From Balanoglossus misakiensis (Eukaryota > Animalia > Hemichordata): a stretch of 64,000 nucleotides of DNA. Of this stretch, positions 48,371 to 60,804 are shown in pieces (positions within the stretch are counted from its first letter, which is position 1; every line of letters begins with the position of its first letter). The position numbers and the translations under genes are program-made. Where the stretch lies: positions 1,912,783 to 1,976,782 of the forward strand of contig CM082580.2 in NCBI GenBank assembly GCA_040954595.2. The letters are read 5' to 3'. The notes beneath the pieces are model-generated. The model did no database searches and was not told the DNA's origin. It saw only the letters and a program-made list of their open reading frames with translations.

Positions 48371-48580
48371 ATGGAGTCCGCAACCGTCAGAAATTTTTTG
48401 GCTGAATTCATAGCCTTGGCCAAAGACGCTGAAGGAGGCACCCGCTCGGCGGACCCCTCTACCGAGACATCGTCAGAAGTCCTCCAGCCAATAGACCTGT
48501 CAACGCGACGAAGGGGTGATGAAGCCCCGGGGGATGCTACACCGAGCGCCGTAGTCACAACACCTGAAGAAAGTGTTTGA
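48371..48580 (+). CDS. 69-aa acidic protein with a PIDLS (PxDLS) motif, copy 1
   Basis: Good initiation context (CACCATGG); MESATVRNFLAEFIALAKDAEGG...QPIDLSTRRR. Confidence 0.5.
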   Translation: MESATVRNFLAEFIALAKDAEGGTRSADPSTETSSEVLQPIDLSTRRRGDEAPGDATPSAVVTTPEESV

Positions 48581-48895
48581 CGCTTGGGACGCGTCCAATG
48601 CGTTCTATCTGAACGCATTCGACGCGTTACATGTGTTCAGTTATTTGAACTCATGTGTTCAGAAATAACATTGATGTGTTCAACTTTTTGGAGGAGCGCA
48701 TTTAACTTCTTAAGACCACCCCCATCCACCGAGGAAATGAATGATATTGTGGGAGACAATTCACCGTCAGTCAATAATTAACCTACCGAGCGACACGCGT
48801 ATAAATTCACGATCATTTCTAAGACCCGTCATTAACAATCAGGTATATCATTTTGCCTTCGCAAAACCGAACTACCCACAACTTTACCAAACACC

Positions 48896-49105
48896 ATGGA
48901 GTCCGCAACCGTCAGAAATTTTTTGGCTGAATTCATAGCCTTGGCCAAAGACGCTGAAGGAGGCACCCGCTCGGCGGACCCCTCTACCGAGACATCGTCA
49001 GAAGTCCTCCAGCCAATAGACCTGTCAACGCGACGAAGGGGTGATGAAGCCCCGGGGGATGCTACACCGAGCGCCGTAGTCACAACACCTGAAGAAAGTG
49101 TTTGA
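48896..49105 (+). CDS. 69-aa PxDLS protein, copy 2
   Basis: Identical to 48371-48580. Confidence 0.5.
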   Translation: MESATVRNFLAEFIALAKDAEGGTRSADPSTETSSEVLQPIDLSTRRRGDEAPGDATPSAVVTTPEESV

Positions 49106-50474
49106 CGCTTGGGACGCGTCCAATGCGTTCTATCTGAACGCATTCGACGCGTTACATGTGTTCAGTTATTTGAACTCATGTGTTCAGAAATAACATTGAT
49201 GTGTTCAACCGTTTACCGCTACCATTCTACCACAAATTTTATGTCTGTTTTTATTCAGACAACATTAATTTGTATGTCAAACATGTCAATATTTCTTTTA
49301 ACATGTTTTTATCTCCAACAGTCCCCTTCTTAAACCAACCACACAGAAAAACATATTTTGTTTGACCCATATAATATACGTATGTGTATGAGTGAACACA
49401 ATAATGCAATCAAATGTATGTTTTGGCCTTTCGGAATGTTTTCATGCACATTGCTTCTGAGAAAAATGCCGTAAATGTTTTGATCTTTTTACTTTAACAT
49501 AAAAAGTCAGGATAAAACACTTATCGAACAGTGGCGTTCAATTTGTGAATGCTAGTGTTCTAACACGACACAAAACAGAACACTAGCGTTGCCCATTCCA
49601 AAGGGTTTATTGGTAATCCAGATGGCGGGCATGCGCACATCAGATGCAAGTTGGGCGCCTTTGCTGTCAGACGATATTTCGGTGCTGCGGTTTCCGGATC
49701 ACTGGACTGTCGCATTTGTAGAGTTTTGTTCCACTTTTGACATAAAACTGCCCACACGCCTGTGGACTGCTGCTGTAAGTATTGTCGAGGCAGAATTTCA
49801 TTGAATATTGGCACCGTGGAGGTCCACGAGTGGTACGTTTCATCCTTCAAAATGCAATTGTACTTTTTCTCATAGAAACGATCATTTTTTCTGTAGCTTT
49901 CAATTTCATTTGTCCTCAAGAAAATTGTATTTGTCATTAAGTTGATTAAAATGTTAACATTCATTCATGTAAATGTGTGTATGTGTCTAATTTTGTATTA
50001 TTACATATGTATTACAGATTACCTATCTGACAGCAGCGAAATAAAGTTGGTATTCTCACAGATGTTAAATACTAATGAAATAAAATAGTCCCCATTTTAT
50101 TTTGCATTTTCTTTAAAACATCATGTCAGATGTGAGACCATTCCAAGCAAATCGATCTGGATTCAGCTGTTCTAACTGTATGTCAAACATTTCACTATTT
50201 TTTACAACCATATACGTGTTTTATGGTGTTTTTAGAATGAAGATATATTTCAAAACATGTCACGTGAAGGTCACGTGCCATGAAATAATGTTTACATAGA
50301 AAACCATTGTTAAGAAATTATTTCACGCAAAATTATGCAAATAAGTCCGGTACTATTTTCTGTTTGTAAATATTGTCGTCTGCTGGTGATTAGTAACAGC
50401 TCGAACTTGATACGGTGTATTTTATGGAGGAAAACAACTATTACGATTAGCGGAACTGTATTTATTTTGAACAT

Positions 50475-51734
50475 TTGGATTCTGAATTTTATTATCCGAG
50501 TGAAAGCGATGTTTCGGCACCGGTAGAGCGAGAAATAGCGACTGCGATGGAAGCGATGCCGGCGAGCTCTACGCCCGTAGAACCGTCTACTTCTCGGCCA
50601 GCGTCCGGGAGATATCGATTTGCTGCGGTCTCGACCGAAGACGTCAGCGCTCTAATCGGGTTGCAAAAAAACAAGAAAACCGCCATGAAAACGCGTCGGG
50701 AAGTTGGTATTTTTGAACACTGGCAACAGACGATGACAACAGAAACTCGTAAGCTGGAGCTTATTCCACCTGCCGAACTTGACCCCTTGCTCGCCAGATT
50801 TTTCCTGAGCGTGAGAAAACAGAACGAGCCCGATTCCGTATCAAGTTACCAGAAGTCAATCGACCGGTACTTGCGTGATGCCAACTACGGCGTGAGTATA
50901 ATTCGCGATGACCAATTTCAAAGAAGCCGTGAAGCCCTGGCTGCCAAAAGAAAGCAATTGAAAGCTGGAGGGAAGGGTAATCTGCCCAAAAAATCAAATG
51001 CCATCACGGAAGACCATGAAGCGACGCTGATTAAAGCCGGACAGCTCGGCACCCATACACCCAACGCGATCCTTAACACGATCTGGCTTAATAACACCAA
51101 GTTGTTCGGCCTTAGAGGAAGCAAAGAACATAGACAAATGAAATGGGGAGATGTAACAACAGCGACAGACGAAAATGGGGAATATCTCATCTACAATGAG
51201 CGTCTAACAAAACCCAGACGTGGGGAACCCGGCAACACACGAAAATTCTCCCCAAAGGCCTATGCAACTCCGTCGAAAGAATCGACCTGTCCGGTGCGTG
51301 TTTACAAGGCCTACGCTGAACGGAGGCCGGAAGACATGAAAACCAACGATGCTCCATTCTACCTGGGAATAGAGTATGTGTCGGCCACTCTCAGTAAGGG
51401 CATATGGTTTCGCAGGCAGCCTATGGGTGTAAATAAATTAAACACCATAATGAAATCGATGGCAACAGCCGCTGGTATCTCCGACAAGCTCAGCAATCAC
51501 AGTGCTCGGAAAGCATGTGTTCAACGTTTGTTAGATGCCGGTGTACCACCTAATACAGCAGCCCAGCTCAGCGGCCATAAAAATCCAGCCAGCTTGAATA
51601 GATATGCCGTCGCAAACGAAGATCAACAACGAAAAATGAGTAACATCCTGAGTGGAATTGACAACACATTCGATGTCATAATGTCTAATGTTGTCTGGTT
51701 TATAGAACACATGCATTCTATTAGCTTGGTTTGA
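50475..51734 (+). CDS. Crypton-type tyrosine recombinase (DUF3504 / ZMYM-KCTD1-QRICH1-related)
   Basis: ELDPLLARFFLSVRK, FGLRGSKEH, ERLTK, CPVRVYKAY..RRP, PFYL, WF..QPMGVNKL, SNHSARK, LSGHKN..SLNRY: R-K-HxxR-H-Y catalytic residues all present. First in-frame ATG is at 50547. Confidence 0.9.
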   Translation: MDSEFYYPSESDVSAPVEREIATAMEAMPASSTPVEPSTSRPASGRYRFAAVSTEDVSALIGLQKNKKTAMKTRREVGIFEHWQQTMTTETRKLELIPPAELDPLLARFFLSVRKQNEPDSVSSYQKSIDRYLRDANYGVSIIRDDQFQRSREALAAKRKQLKAGGKGNLPKKSNAITEDHEATLIKAGQLGTHTPNAILNTIWLNNTKLFGLRGSKEHRQMKWGDVTTATDENGEYLIYNERLTKPRRGEPGNTRKFSPKAYATPSKESTCPVRVYKAYAERRPEDMKTNDAPFYLGIEYVSATLSKGIWFRRQPMGVNKLNTIMKSMATAAGISDKLSNHSARKACVQRLLDAGVPPNTAAQLSGHKNPASLNRYAVANEDQQRKMSNILSGIDNTFDVIMSNVVWFIEHMHSISLV

Positions 51735-51952
51735 ACACTTAGGTTGTGTTCAAAAAGTGTTACATTGGCTTGACGCGTAACTAGTGTTCTATTTCATGAA
51801 AGTTTAGAACATATATAATGCGTTCAAAACTGAAGACACTATCTGAACACATGCGTTCTAGTTTTCGCACTGAACACTTGTACTGCGTTCAAAAAGTGTT
51901 ACAATTATGTGTTCTAATATGTGTTCAATCGCTGAACACATCACTTTAGAGT

Positions 51953-52175
51953 GTGACCGATACCTCATCGACCCCCAACACCCCACCCTCTGAAGACACC
52001 ATGACATGCGACGATACGGACGATGCTGATGAAGCCATCCCCGGGACCAACACCGCCGAAGGCGTATGGAGGGAGCAGGAGCTTTTGCACGGGTTAAGGA
52101 GTGCCCTGTACTACGTAATAAAGTTGACGGCGGTATTAATCACGCAAGAAAGGTGTGGAGGTTGCGAAGTGGATG
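51953..52175 (+). pseudogene. 5' half of a small Polinton-type Cys/His ORF split by the Academ insertion
   Basis: Ends ...QERCGGCEVD at the ATG target duplication and rejoins in frame at 61933. Confidence 0.7.
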
Positions 52176-53895
52176 TACCCTAGGAGATAGGTGCCGTTAA
52201 TCAGAATTTTTGGTAAGGAAGGTTTGAGTAGTCCATTCTATGTAAAAATGGTGCTGATTCCAAAAAAGCCAGTCTTATTGACCCCACTCAAGACAAAATT
52301 GCCATTTTGGCCATTTTAACCCAAAAAAGGTCATTTTTAGAAAACACTAAAAACACACTGTTTTCGTCACATTCTGAGATCTGATGACATATGATATGCT
52401 TATTCTATGTTAAATTTGGTGAATATTACGGAAAAAGCAGTCCGATTCACACAAAACAACACAAAATTGCCTTTTTGACCATTTTTTGCCCAAAAAACGT
52501 CATTTTTAGGAAAAATTTAAAACACACGGTTTTCTTCATATTGATTGTTCTGATGATCTATGGAAAGTCAATTCTATGTTAAAAGTGGTGACTTTAAAAA
52601 ATAAAGCAGTCTTTTTGACCCCAATTAATACAAAAATGCCATTTTTGGCCTCTTTTTGAGGTCAAAAAAGGTCATTTTTTTTACAAAAAAATACTAAAAA
52701 CAAACTTTTCATATTCAGAAATAATTTGATATATGGAAAGTTCATTCTATGTAAAAAAATGATGGTGATTCCAGAAATTGCAGTCTTATTGACCCTACTC
52801 AAGAAAAAATTGCCATTTTTACCACTTTTTGCCCCAAAAATCGTTGTTTTAGAAAACACTCAAAACTTGTATATTTTCTTAACTTTCGGAGATTATATGT
52901 CCTACCTATGTAAAATTTGGTGACTATTCCAAAAAAGCACCTTTATTGACCCCACTAAATGCAAAAATGCCTTTTTGGCAAGTTTTTGCCCAAAAAGGCC
53001 ATTTTTAGAAAAAGTTCAAAGCAAACTTTTCGTCATAAATTTCGGAGATCATGTGATATATGAAAAGTTTATTCTATGTAAAAATTGGTGCTGATTCCAG
53101 AAATGGCAGTCTTAGTGACCCCAACAAAGACAAAATCGCCTTTTTGGCTACTTTTGCCCCAAAAATGGTCAATTTTAGAAAATCCTTTTCTCCGAGAAGA
53201 AAACAAAGAATTCTCTTCACATTCGGTTATCTGATGTTATATTAAGTTTTATTGACCGAACCGAAGTGAAAGGGACAAAACTGTCTTTTTTATAGCTTTT
53301 TTCATGAATTTTGTGTGATATGAATATCAGTTCATGTTGTTTGACTATTTGAAACATGCTGAAGTACTGTTGTACTCACTCATTGAACAATTCAGTGAAA
53401 CGATTTATGGTCTCTACCGAATTATTATCTGTTGAGTCAAAATTTGTCCATGTACTTGACTGCATATAGCCAGTACAGTGTTGGAGCTTGCATACTGTTA
53501 AGACCACATGGGACGTTTAGTGAGAAATGAAAATCAGTTTCTGTTGTTTGACTTCTTGAACACGCTGAAATACTGGTGAACTGTAATCAATCTCTACTAT
53601 GCTTGACTCAGACAAGATTGAACATTCAGTGAAACAAAATTTATGCTCTCTACAGAGTTATTCACTGTTCAGTCAAAATGTGTCCATGTAACTTGACTGA
53701 ATAGCCAGCGTTGGAACTTGCTACATACTGTTTAGACCCCATGGGACTTGTATCAGATCTCAGAGTGTCAAGTTGTTTCATGTAATCTGTAGTGTATACT
53801 GCTGTGTTTTAAAAGGAAACAGACTTTGACATAGGCAGTTTATTTCATGTGGATATCAAAAACAAACAGAGACTTGTCCTCCCTTTAACTAATGG

Positions 53896-56043
53896 ATGAA
53901 TGCTTTCCTTGATGAGCTTAAATCTGAGGGATGGGAGGAAGTGCTAAACTGTCAGGAAGTTCAATTATCATATTCAAAATTTGTTAGTACTTTTCTTACA
54001 GTTTGCAACAAACATGCTCCTTTAGTACGTAAAAAAATCAGCATGAGAAAAAAACAGGACAAACCCTGGATCACAAGTGCAATTAAAAAGTCTATAAGGA
54101 AAAAACATAAGCTTTTTGGAAATTTGCAAAAATTCTCTTTTAATGAAACAGCTTTAAGCTATTATAAGAGATATAGGAATATCCTGACAGGTGTTTTGAA
54201 AAAGGCTAAAAAACAGTACTATACACATTTATTCTCCGAAAATAATGGAAAAATGAAAGAAACTTGGGAAGTTATTAATGGTTTAATTGGCAAAGCTAAA
54301 CATAGAAAAATGACACTTCCAGATCATTTGGAAGTGGATTGTATGGGTACTAAAGAGGTTCATTCAGACATCAATGACATTGTAGAAGATCTCAACACTT
54401 ACTTTGTTAACATAGGTGAAAATCTAGCCAATCAAATTTCTCCTCAAAGCAATGTTACTTTTAATACTTTTTTGCAAAACAGTACTTGTAGTTCCTTTTT
54501 TCTTCAGCCAGTAACTTTAAAGGAAATTGAGAATTTAATTTTTAGCCTGGACATTCGCAAGGCAACCGGTTGGGACAATATTCCGTGTCGACTTGTAAAA
54601 GCAGCCAATACATACATCTGCATTCCACTTTGTCATATTTTTAACCTTTCTTTCACCACTGGTCAATTTCCTAACCCCATGAAGGTTGCACGTGTACTGC
54701 CTTTATACAAAAAGGGAAATGTTAATGATATTGGTAATTACAGACCAATTTCCATATTGCCAGTACTGAGTAAAATTTTAGAAAAAATTGTAAATTCACG
54801 TATTGTAAATTTTCTAGATAATTTTAACATTTTGTATGAGCACCAATATGGATTTAGGAAGAAACACAGTTGTAAAATTTCCTTACTAAGTCTCACTCAA
54901 TGTTTGCTTGATGACATTGATAATGGTAACTCATCTCTTGGCTTATTCATAGATTTTTCTAAAGCTTTTGATACGGTTAACCATGCCATTTTGTTTTCTA
55001 AATTGGAATACTATGGTGTTAGGGGGTTGCCTTTGTTATGGTTTAAAAGCTATTTGAACTCAAGAAGCCAGTATGTCACAATTGACAACAATGAATCACA
55101 GAAACAGGAGATTAAGTGCGGTGTGCCGCAGGGCTCAATACTTGGCCCCACGTTATTTTTAATATACATAAATGACTTACCAAGTTGTACTGATTTTTTT
55201 AATTTTAGACTGTATGCAGATGACTCTAACCTGTTTCACTCCATTCACAAGAATTTAAATACGTTTTCTCTTAACGAAGTTAATTTAGAATTCCAGAAGG
55301 TGACAAATTGGTGTGACTGTAACAAACTAACTATAAATGCTGCTAAAACAGTCTATATGATAATAGGTAGCAAACGAAGGTCTTGTGAAATTGAAGGTTT
55401 ACTTTATTTAAAAGACACTGTATTAAAAGAAGTAGATTGTACATCATTTGTTGGAATCAAAATGGACAACCAGTTGCATTGGAAACAACATATCATGGAA
55501 TTGAAAAATAAGATTTGTAAACTAACTGGAATTTTTTATAAACTGAGGTGTATGGTTTCTCAAACAGTACTTTTAATGTTGTACAATGCTTTTGTTTTAC
55601 CTCACATCTCTTATGGTTTAGAGGTTTGGGGATCTACTTACAAGTCATATTTATCAGATATTTTTGTCATTCAAAAAAGAATTGTGCGCATCATATCGGG
55701 CAGCAGCTATTACGCCCATACTTCCCCTTTATTTAAGAAACTAAGAGTTCTAGATGTTTACAAACAATATAAGCTTCAGGTTGCCATCTTTGTTTACGAT
55801 GTTCTACATGATAAACTTCCCATGAATTTCAAAACATATTTTTCGCAAATTGATCATACCTACAGTACTCGGTCCAAATAAAAAAATATTCTTCACCCCC
55901 CTAAATTCCGAAGCAATTTGGGCCAAACTTCTATCAAATTTGTTGGTTCTGAGGTATGGAACAGTATTCCAGAGGATCTCAAACAAATCACTTCCAGAAA
56001 TCGTTTCAAACGAGAGCTTAAAAATTATTTATTGGAGATGTAG
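53896..56043 (+). pseudogene. LINE ORF2 reverse transcriptase, with a premature in-frame TAA at 55879-81
   Basis: KPWIT, NYRPISILPVLSKILEK, QYGFR, FIDFSKAFDTVNH, GVPQGSILGPTLFLIYINDL, YADD; the same frame continues ...GSEVWNSIPEDLK..FKRELKNYLLEM to TAG at 56041-43. Confidence 0.92.
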
Positions 56044-56313
56044 TTTTGTTGTCTCTTAATGTATTTTCTTTTTCTTTCCTTATGCCTTGTGCCTGGTATT
56101 GTAACCTTTGAAATTTCTGTCGGAATAGTCGCCATTTTTTACAAACTGTAAAACCTCATCACTTGAATTGGGACTGAACTTGATTAGTGCCTATGGCAAC
56201 TATTTTTCAGTCCTTTTCTCATTGTAAACAAAACAGTTATTTATTTTCAGTTATTTTCACTTGCATTATGTTTGTTTGATTTGATTATGAGAATAAACCA
56301 TTATTATTATTAT
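53896..56313 (+). mobile_element. 5'-truncated non-LTR retrotransposon (CR1/L2 group) inserted in Academ
   Basis: RT ORF lacking the endonuclease domain; 3' UTR ends AATAAACC(ATT)n. Confidence 0.88.
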
Positions 56314-56504
56314 GCGTAGATATGAATTTGCAGTGTGTGCTGCATGTCAGTGGTGGGGGAGAAAATGTAAGAAATGAGGTACCGACTCCCTTTACTAAAA
56401 AGACATAGGAGACTGCAGGCGAAATAGCCAAAGCAAGAAAAGAAAATCAGAAGACATCGAAGTACCTCGTTATATGTGATTCCATTAACTTTGAAGTTGA
56501 ACCA

Positions 56505-59500
56505 TTGCCGCATTATGGTTTCCATAGTAGTTGTTACAGTAAATTTACGGCATATCAGGTACAATCAAAAGAAAGGAAATGTTGTTCTGTTGGTGTTGAA
56601 ACTAGGTCAAAGGTGCAGAAGTCAACAGTGGCGACTACTTCAACTACTGGAGTGCTTGAAAACAAGTGTATTTTCTGCAATGGTCCTGATCGCAAGCATT
56701 TTCCCGGTGGTTTTGAAACACTATCTGCATGTGTGACTAGACCCACACAAGACAGTATTTTAAATGCAGCAAGGCAATTGAAAGACGAAAATTTCCTCCG
56801 TGAATTTGGACATATTGATTTCATAGCTAAGGAAGTCAAATACCACAATACATGCAGAACAAGGTATATTTCTAAAGGAATCAAGGCGCAAGAGAACGAG
56901 ATAGGCACAAAAGATATAGATATACGAGAAAATGCCTTTCTAAGATTGCTGTCATACATAAACTGTGAAGTGTTTTTGAAAGACTCCCCAAAGAAATTAG
57001 TTGATATCAATAAAACCTACATTGAATTTCTCAAACAAGAAGGCTTGGAAGAGCCTAACCCAGAGCCATACTTCCTTTTGTCCAAAATTAAAGAAGTCTA
57101 TGGAAGCAAGCTTCGGCTTGACCAAGAAAGTAAGAAGCAGGGTACTTATCTTTCTATTGCAAAGGATGCTATGGAAAATGAAATACAAAATGTTGCTTTG
57201 TTCCTCAGAGAAAAGATCCGGAAACTCTGTGAGAATGAACTCCCAAATCCTATTACAGTTGAAGCAATCCGCAATGGTCAGTGTACAAATATACCTGCTG
57301 AACTCTTACAGTTTTACAGGATTCTGTACACTGGCTCAAAAGAGGAAGCCAGTCAGAGAGTTGAGCGGTATGTTGAATCATCAGCCGAGGATGATATTTA
57401 CAAACTTAATCACTGGTCACTGTATAGGATATCATACTGCAGAAGAATATGAGACTCAGATTGCTGAGAAAATTATTGAGAAAAATCGTATCCTTCCTGA
57501 TGGCTTAGAAGCCAGAAAAGGACTAAGTACAATAACAGCATGGGACAATTACGATCAATCAACATATCATGACACACAGGGGATCTGTATCCAAAATGAA
57601 TTCCCGGTTGTATTGCCACCACCTACTACAGCAACGACAACCTCTATCACAAACTCACAATCATCATCAAGTCATTCGTCAACAACTACAACAACCCCAG
57701 TGGATACACTTCCTACTTCTTTGAGCAAAAAAAGTAAAAGAAGCCTTGACATTCCAAATACCTTTCTTGAACCAGTGAGAAAAAAAATTGTGATATCTCA
57801 CTTTAATTTTGGCATACTAACAGTGGACAAGCCTGTAAACTACCATTTATGTGTTTCTAGAGATGTTGCATGGACATTATCTTGCAAAACGAACAAACAA
57901 GTACCCATGTGGTCTGGCTGGAACTCTACAGTAACCAAAGATGACCTACTAGCTCAAAAAATAGGCTATTTGGCAAATATCGGAGCCCCGCCTACAAGGC
58001 ATGACGTTGTGAATGAAACTATGCAAAGAAATGTATCCCTTGCTGAAGAGTGTCAGGAAGATTACATTGCAACAACCTATGACTTAGCCATAGCAAAACC
58101 AGCTTCACAATTGCAGGACAGTATGAAACCAAAGTATGACAATGTTTTTGTCTCTTTTGGAGCATTCCATATTATGTTCCGCTATCTTTCAGCAGTGGGG
58201 TACCTGGTTGATGGGTCAGGTGCGGCCCACATTTTAATTGAAAGTGGTGCCCTCACAAAGGGTTCTCTCAATGCATTTCAATCAGGAAAGCACTATAATC
58301 AGACAAGAAGAATGCATGTACTCCTTGCAACAGCTATGAAGAGCAAACATCTAGATTTGTTCTTACAACTGGAAGAAGCAAATGATAGTTATGGGCAGTT
58401 GGTTGAAGGTCTAAAAATTATCCAATCGGCACCATCTCCTGAGAAAATGAAAGATTTGGAGGAAACAGATGAGTACATATCATTCATGAGGAGATATGAG
58501 AGATTCTGTGATGCTACTAGAGCTGGTACACATGGAGTAAATGCTCAATTTTGGATAAATTATATTCATATGGTTGATATCTATATGTTGTTCAGTAGAG
58601 CTGTACGAACAAATGATGTAGATCTTTTCAGCTTTATGCTTGGGGAAATGATTGATGTTTTCTTTGCTGCAAGTCGTCATAATTATGCACGTTATATGTG
58701 TTTGTACTATCTAAGGCTCTTGAACATGGATACCACTCATCCTGGCATTAGACAACAACTTGAAAAGGGTGGTTTATCTGTGAGGTTGTCATCCAATTCA
58801 TTTGCCAGACAACCAGTGGATCAAGCGCTAGAGAGCACGATAAACGCAGATGCAGCATCACGACAAACTGGAATATCTGCTTTCCATCAAAGTCAAGGAG
58901 CAACCAGACGCTGGACAGTTACTAAATCAGCTAGAAGCATGATAGTAAGATATCTTTTTGAAAAGGCTGCCATAAAGAATGATGCCAATCCCTCTCATGA
59001 AACGCGGAAGTCAGAAGTGAGTAAATTCCACAGAGATTTGGAAGGTATCTCAAAAATGATTGAGACAACTATGAATCCTTTTGAAGGGTCCCTGATTGCA
59101 GAAACCGATCTATATTGTTTGGCAGATGGCAAGAAAATGCCAGATAATGTAAAGAGAGACATGTTAAATCTCTTTGTGTTGGGGAAAAACTGGAAAGACG
59201 ATTTTCTCCAAGGGTGCTTAAACGATCCTTCCAGGTTTGAGAGACCACTGCGAAGACGGAAAGTGAGAAACTTCGCTAGTGCGGCTGCCAAGAGCAATGT
59301 ACGGGGTAAAGATGAAAAGGTTGTCGAACTGAAGACAACACGGGACTTGCTGGGCAGATTGGTTTATCTTGCTTGTACAAGTAAGATTGAGCTTGAAAAG
59401 GTATTTCCTTTTCCACTTACCCCGGTGCCTCTCTCTTTGGCCAGCATTTATGGCACAATGAAGAAGACACCAAAGTATAAACTCTCCAAATATCTTGAAG

Positions 59501-60733
59501 GTATGGTTAGACACACGCTGCCGACAAAAGTTGATACGGTTCTCTATGATGCCATGTTTATAATCCAGTCACTACCTTCTGATCTACCTTTGAACTTTGG
59601 AAAAGTGGCCGAGCTGGTCCTGAGGATCATATGCAGTGTTCATGCAAGTGAAGTTCACTTTGTTTGTGACAGTTATGTGAAAAGTATAAAGAATGCTGAG
59701 CAACAGGCGAGAGGTGCAAATGATGCATCGTTTCACATCACTGGTGCAGATCAGTTACGTCCCAAAGATTTCCGATATGCATTGAGATCAGCTAATTTTA
59801 AAACTGCTCTTCTCAAATTCTTAATGGAATAATGGAAGAATAACAAATATGCAGCTATCATAAAGCAACAAAGAGTTGTTGTTGGACACGAGGGACAGTG
59901 CCTCCAGTATACAGCTACTTTGACAGATATTGTTGAACAAAATGAGGCACCTGAATATATATGTTCACATGTGGAGGCCGATACTCGTCTAGTGTACCAT
60001 CTTGCAACATTGTCAAGAGCAAGGCCACGACAAAATGTTGTTGTACGGGCAACAGACACTGATATTATGATCAACTTGCTGTTCCATGCCAGGCAGCTCA
60101 ATGCCAAGGTGTGGATGGATCTTGGACATTCGAGTGATAACACACGAAGGTATGTCGATATCACTGCACTTGCAAACCACATTGGCCCAGTTCTTTGCAA
60201 AGCATTACCAGGTTACCATGCTCTGACAGGATGTGACTACACATCACCCTTCTTTAGGCAGGGAAAGGTGAATCCATGGAAGAAAGCTACAAAGAACCCT
60301 CTCCATCTTGAAGGACTTGGCATTCTTGGAACGAATATCATCTTTGCTGACGACGATCACCTAATAGAGCGATATGTTTGTTCACTCTATGGTCAGGGAA
60401 CATTATCGTCTGTGAATGAGGCAAGGTTGAAAATCTTCCTACAGAAATATAAACCAACCAATCCAGAAAGTCCACTGGAGAAAATAAAGGGAATTGATGC
60501 TAGTATGCTTCCGCCATGCAAAGATGTTCTGGAGCAGAAATTGAAACGATGCAATTATGTGGCATATCTATGGAAGCATGCACATCAACGAGACCCTCTT
60601 GAAAACATTGAACCTACAGATCATGGCTGGAAAGAGGTTGGTGGAGTTTTTCTACCTGTCTGGTTCACTGGTAATCAAATGCCAACTATTCTGTCTCAGA
60701 TCATTGAACCAGATATCACAAATGAAGATGACC

Positions 60734-60775
<42 letters not shown>

Positions 60776-60804
60776 CCGAAAGTGATGATGATGTAACTGG
60801 ATAG
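56505..60804 (+). pseudogene. Academ transposase with C-terminal XPG/FEN1-like nuclease; one frameshift near 57400 and one in-frame stop at 59830-32
   Basis: CIFC, IAKEVKYHNTCR; GHCIGY, AWDNYD, TYHDTQGI, TYDLAI, FGAFH, HNYARY, DQALESTIN; then HVEADTRLVYH, ATDTDI, HALTGCDYTSPF..GK, LPPC, PTDHGW; acidic (GAT)n tail. Confidence 0.87.

Larger units (their letters stand above)
48156..49209. repeat. 525-bp direct tandem duplication
   Basis: CAACTTTTTGGAGGAGCG starts at 48156 and 48681; ORF translations in the two copies are identical. Confidence 0.95.

Noticed and set aside
50475-51734. Domesticated host ZMYM/KCTD1/QRICH1 gene
   Set aside because: Intronless, no MYM fingers or BTB domain, catalytic residues retained, and located in mobile-element context.
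57001-57400. N-terminus of the listed 943-aa ORF
   Set aside because: The real transposase frame here is the overlapping 56505..57452 ORF; the frame switches near 57400.
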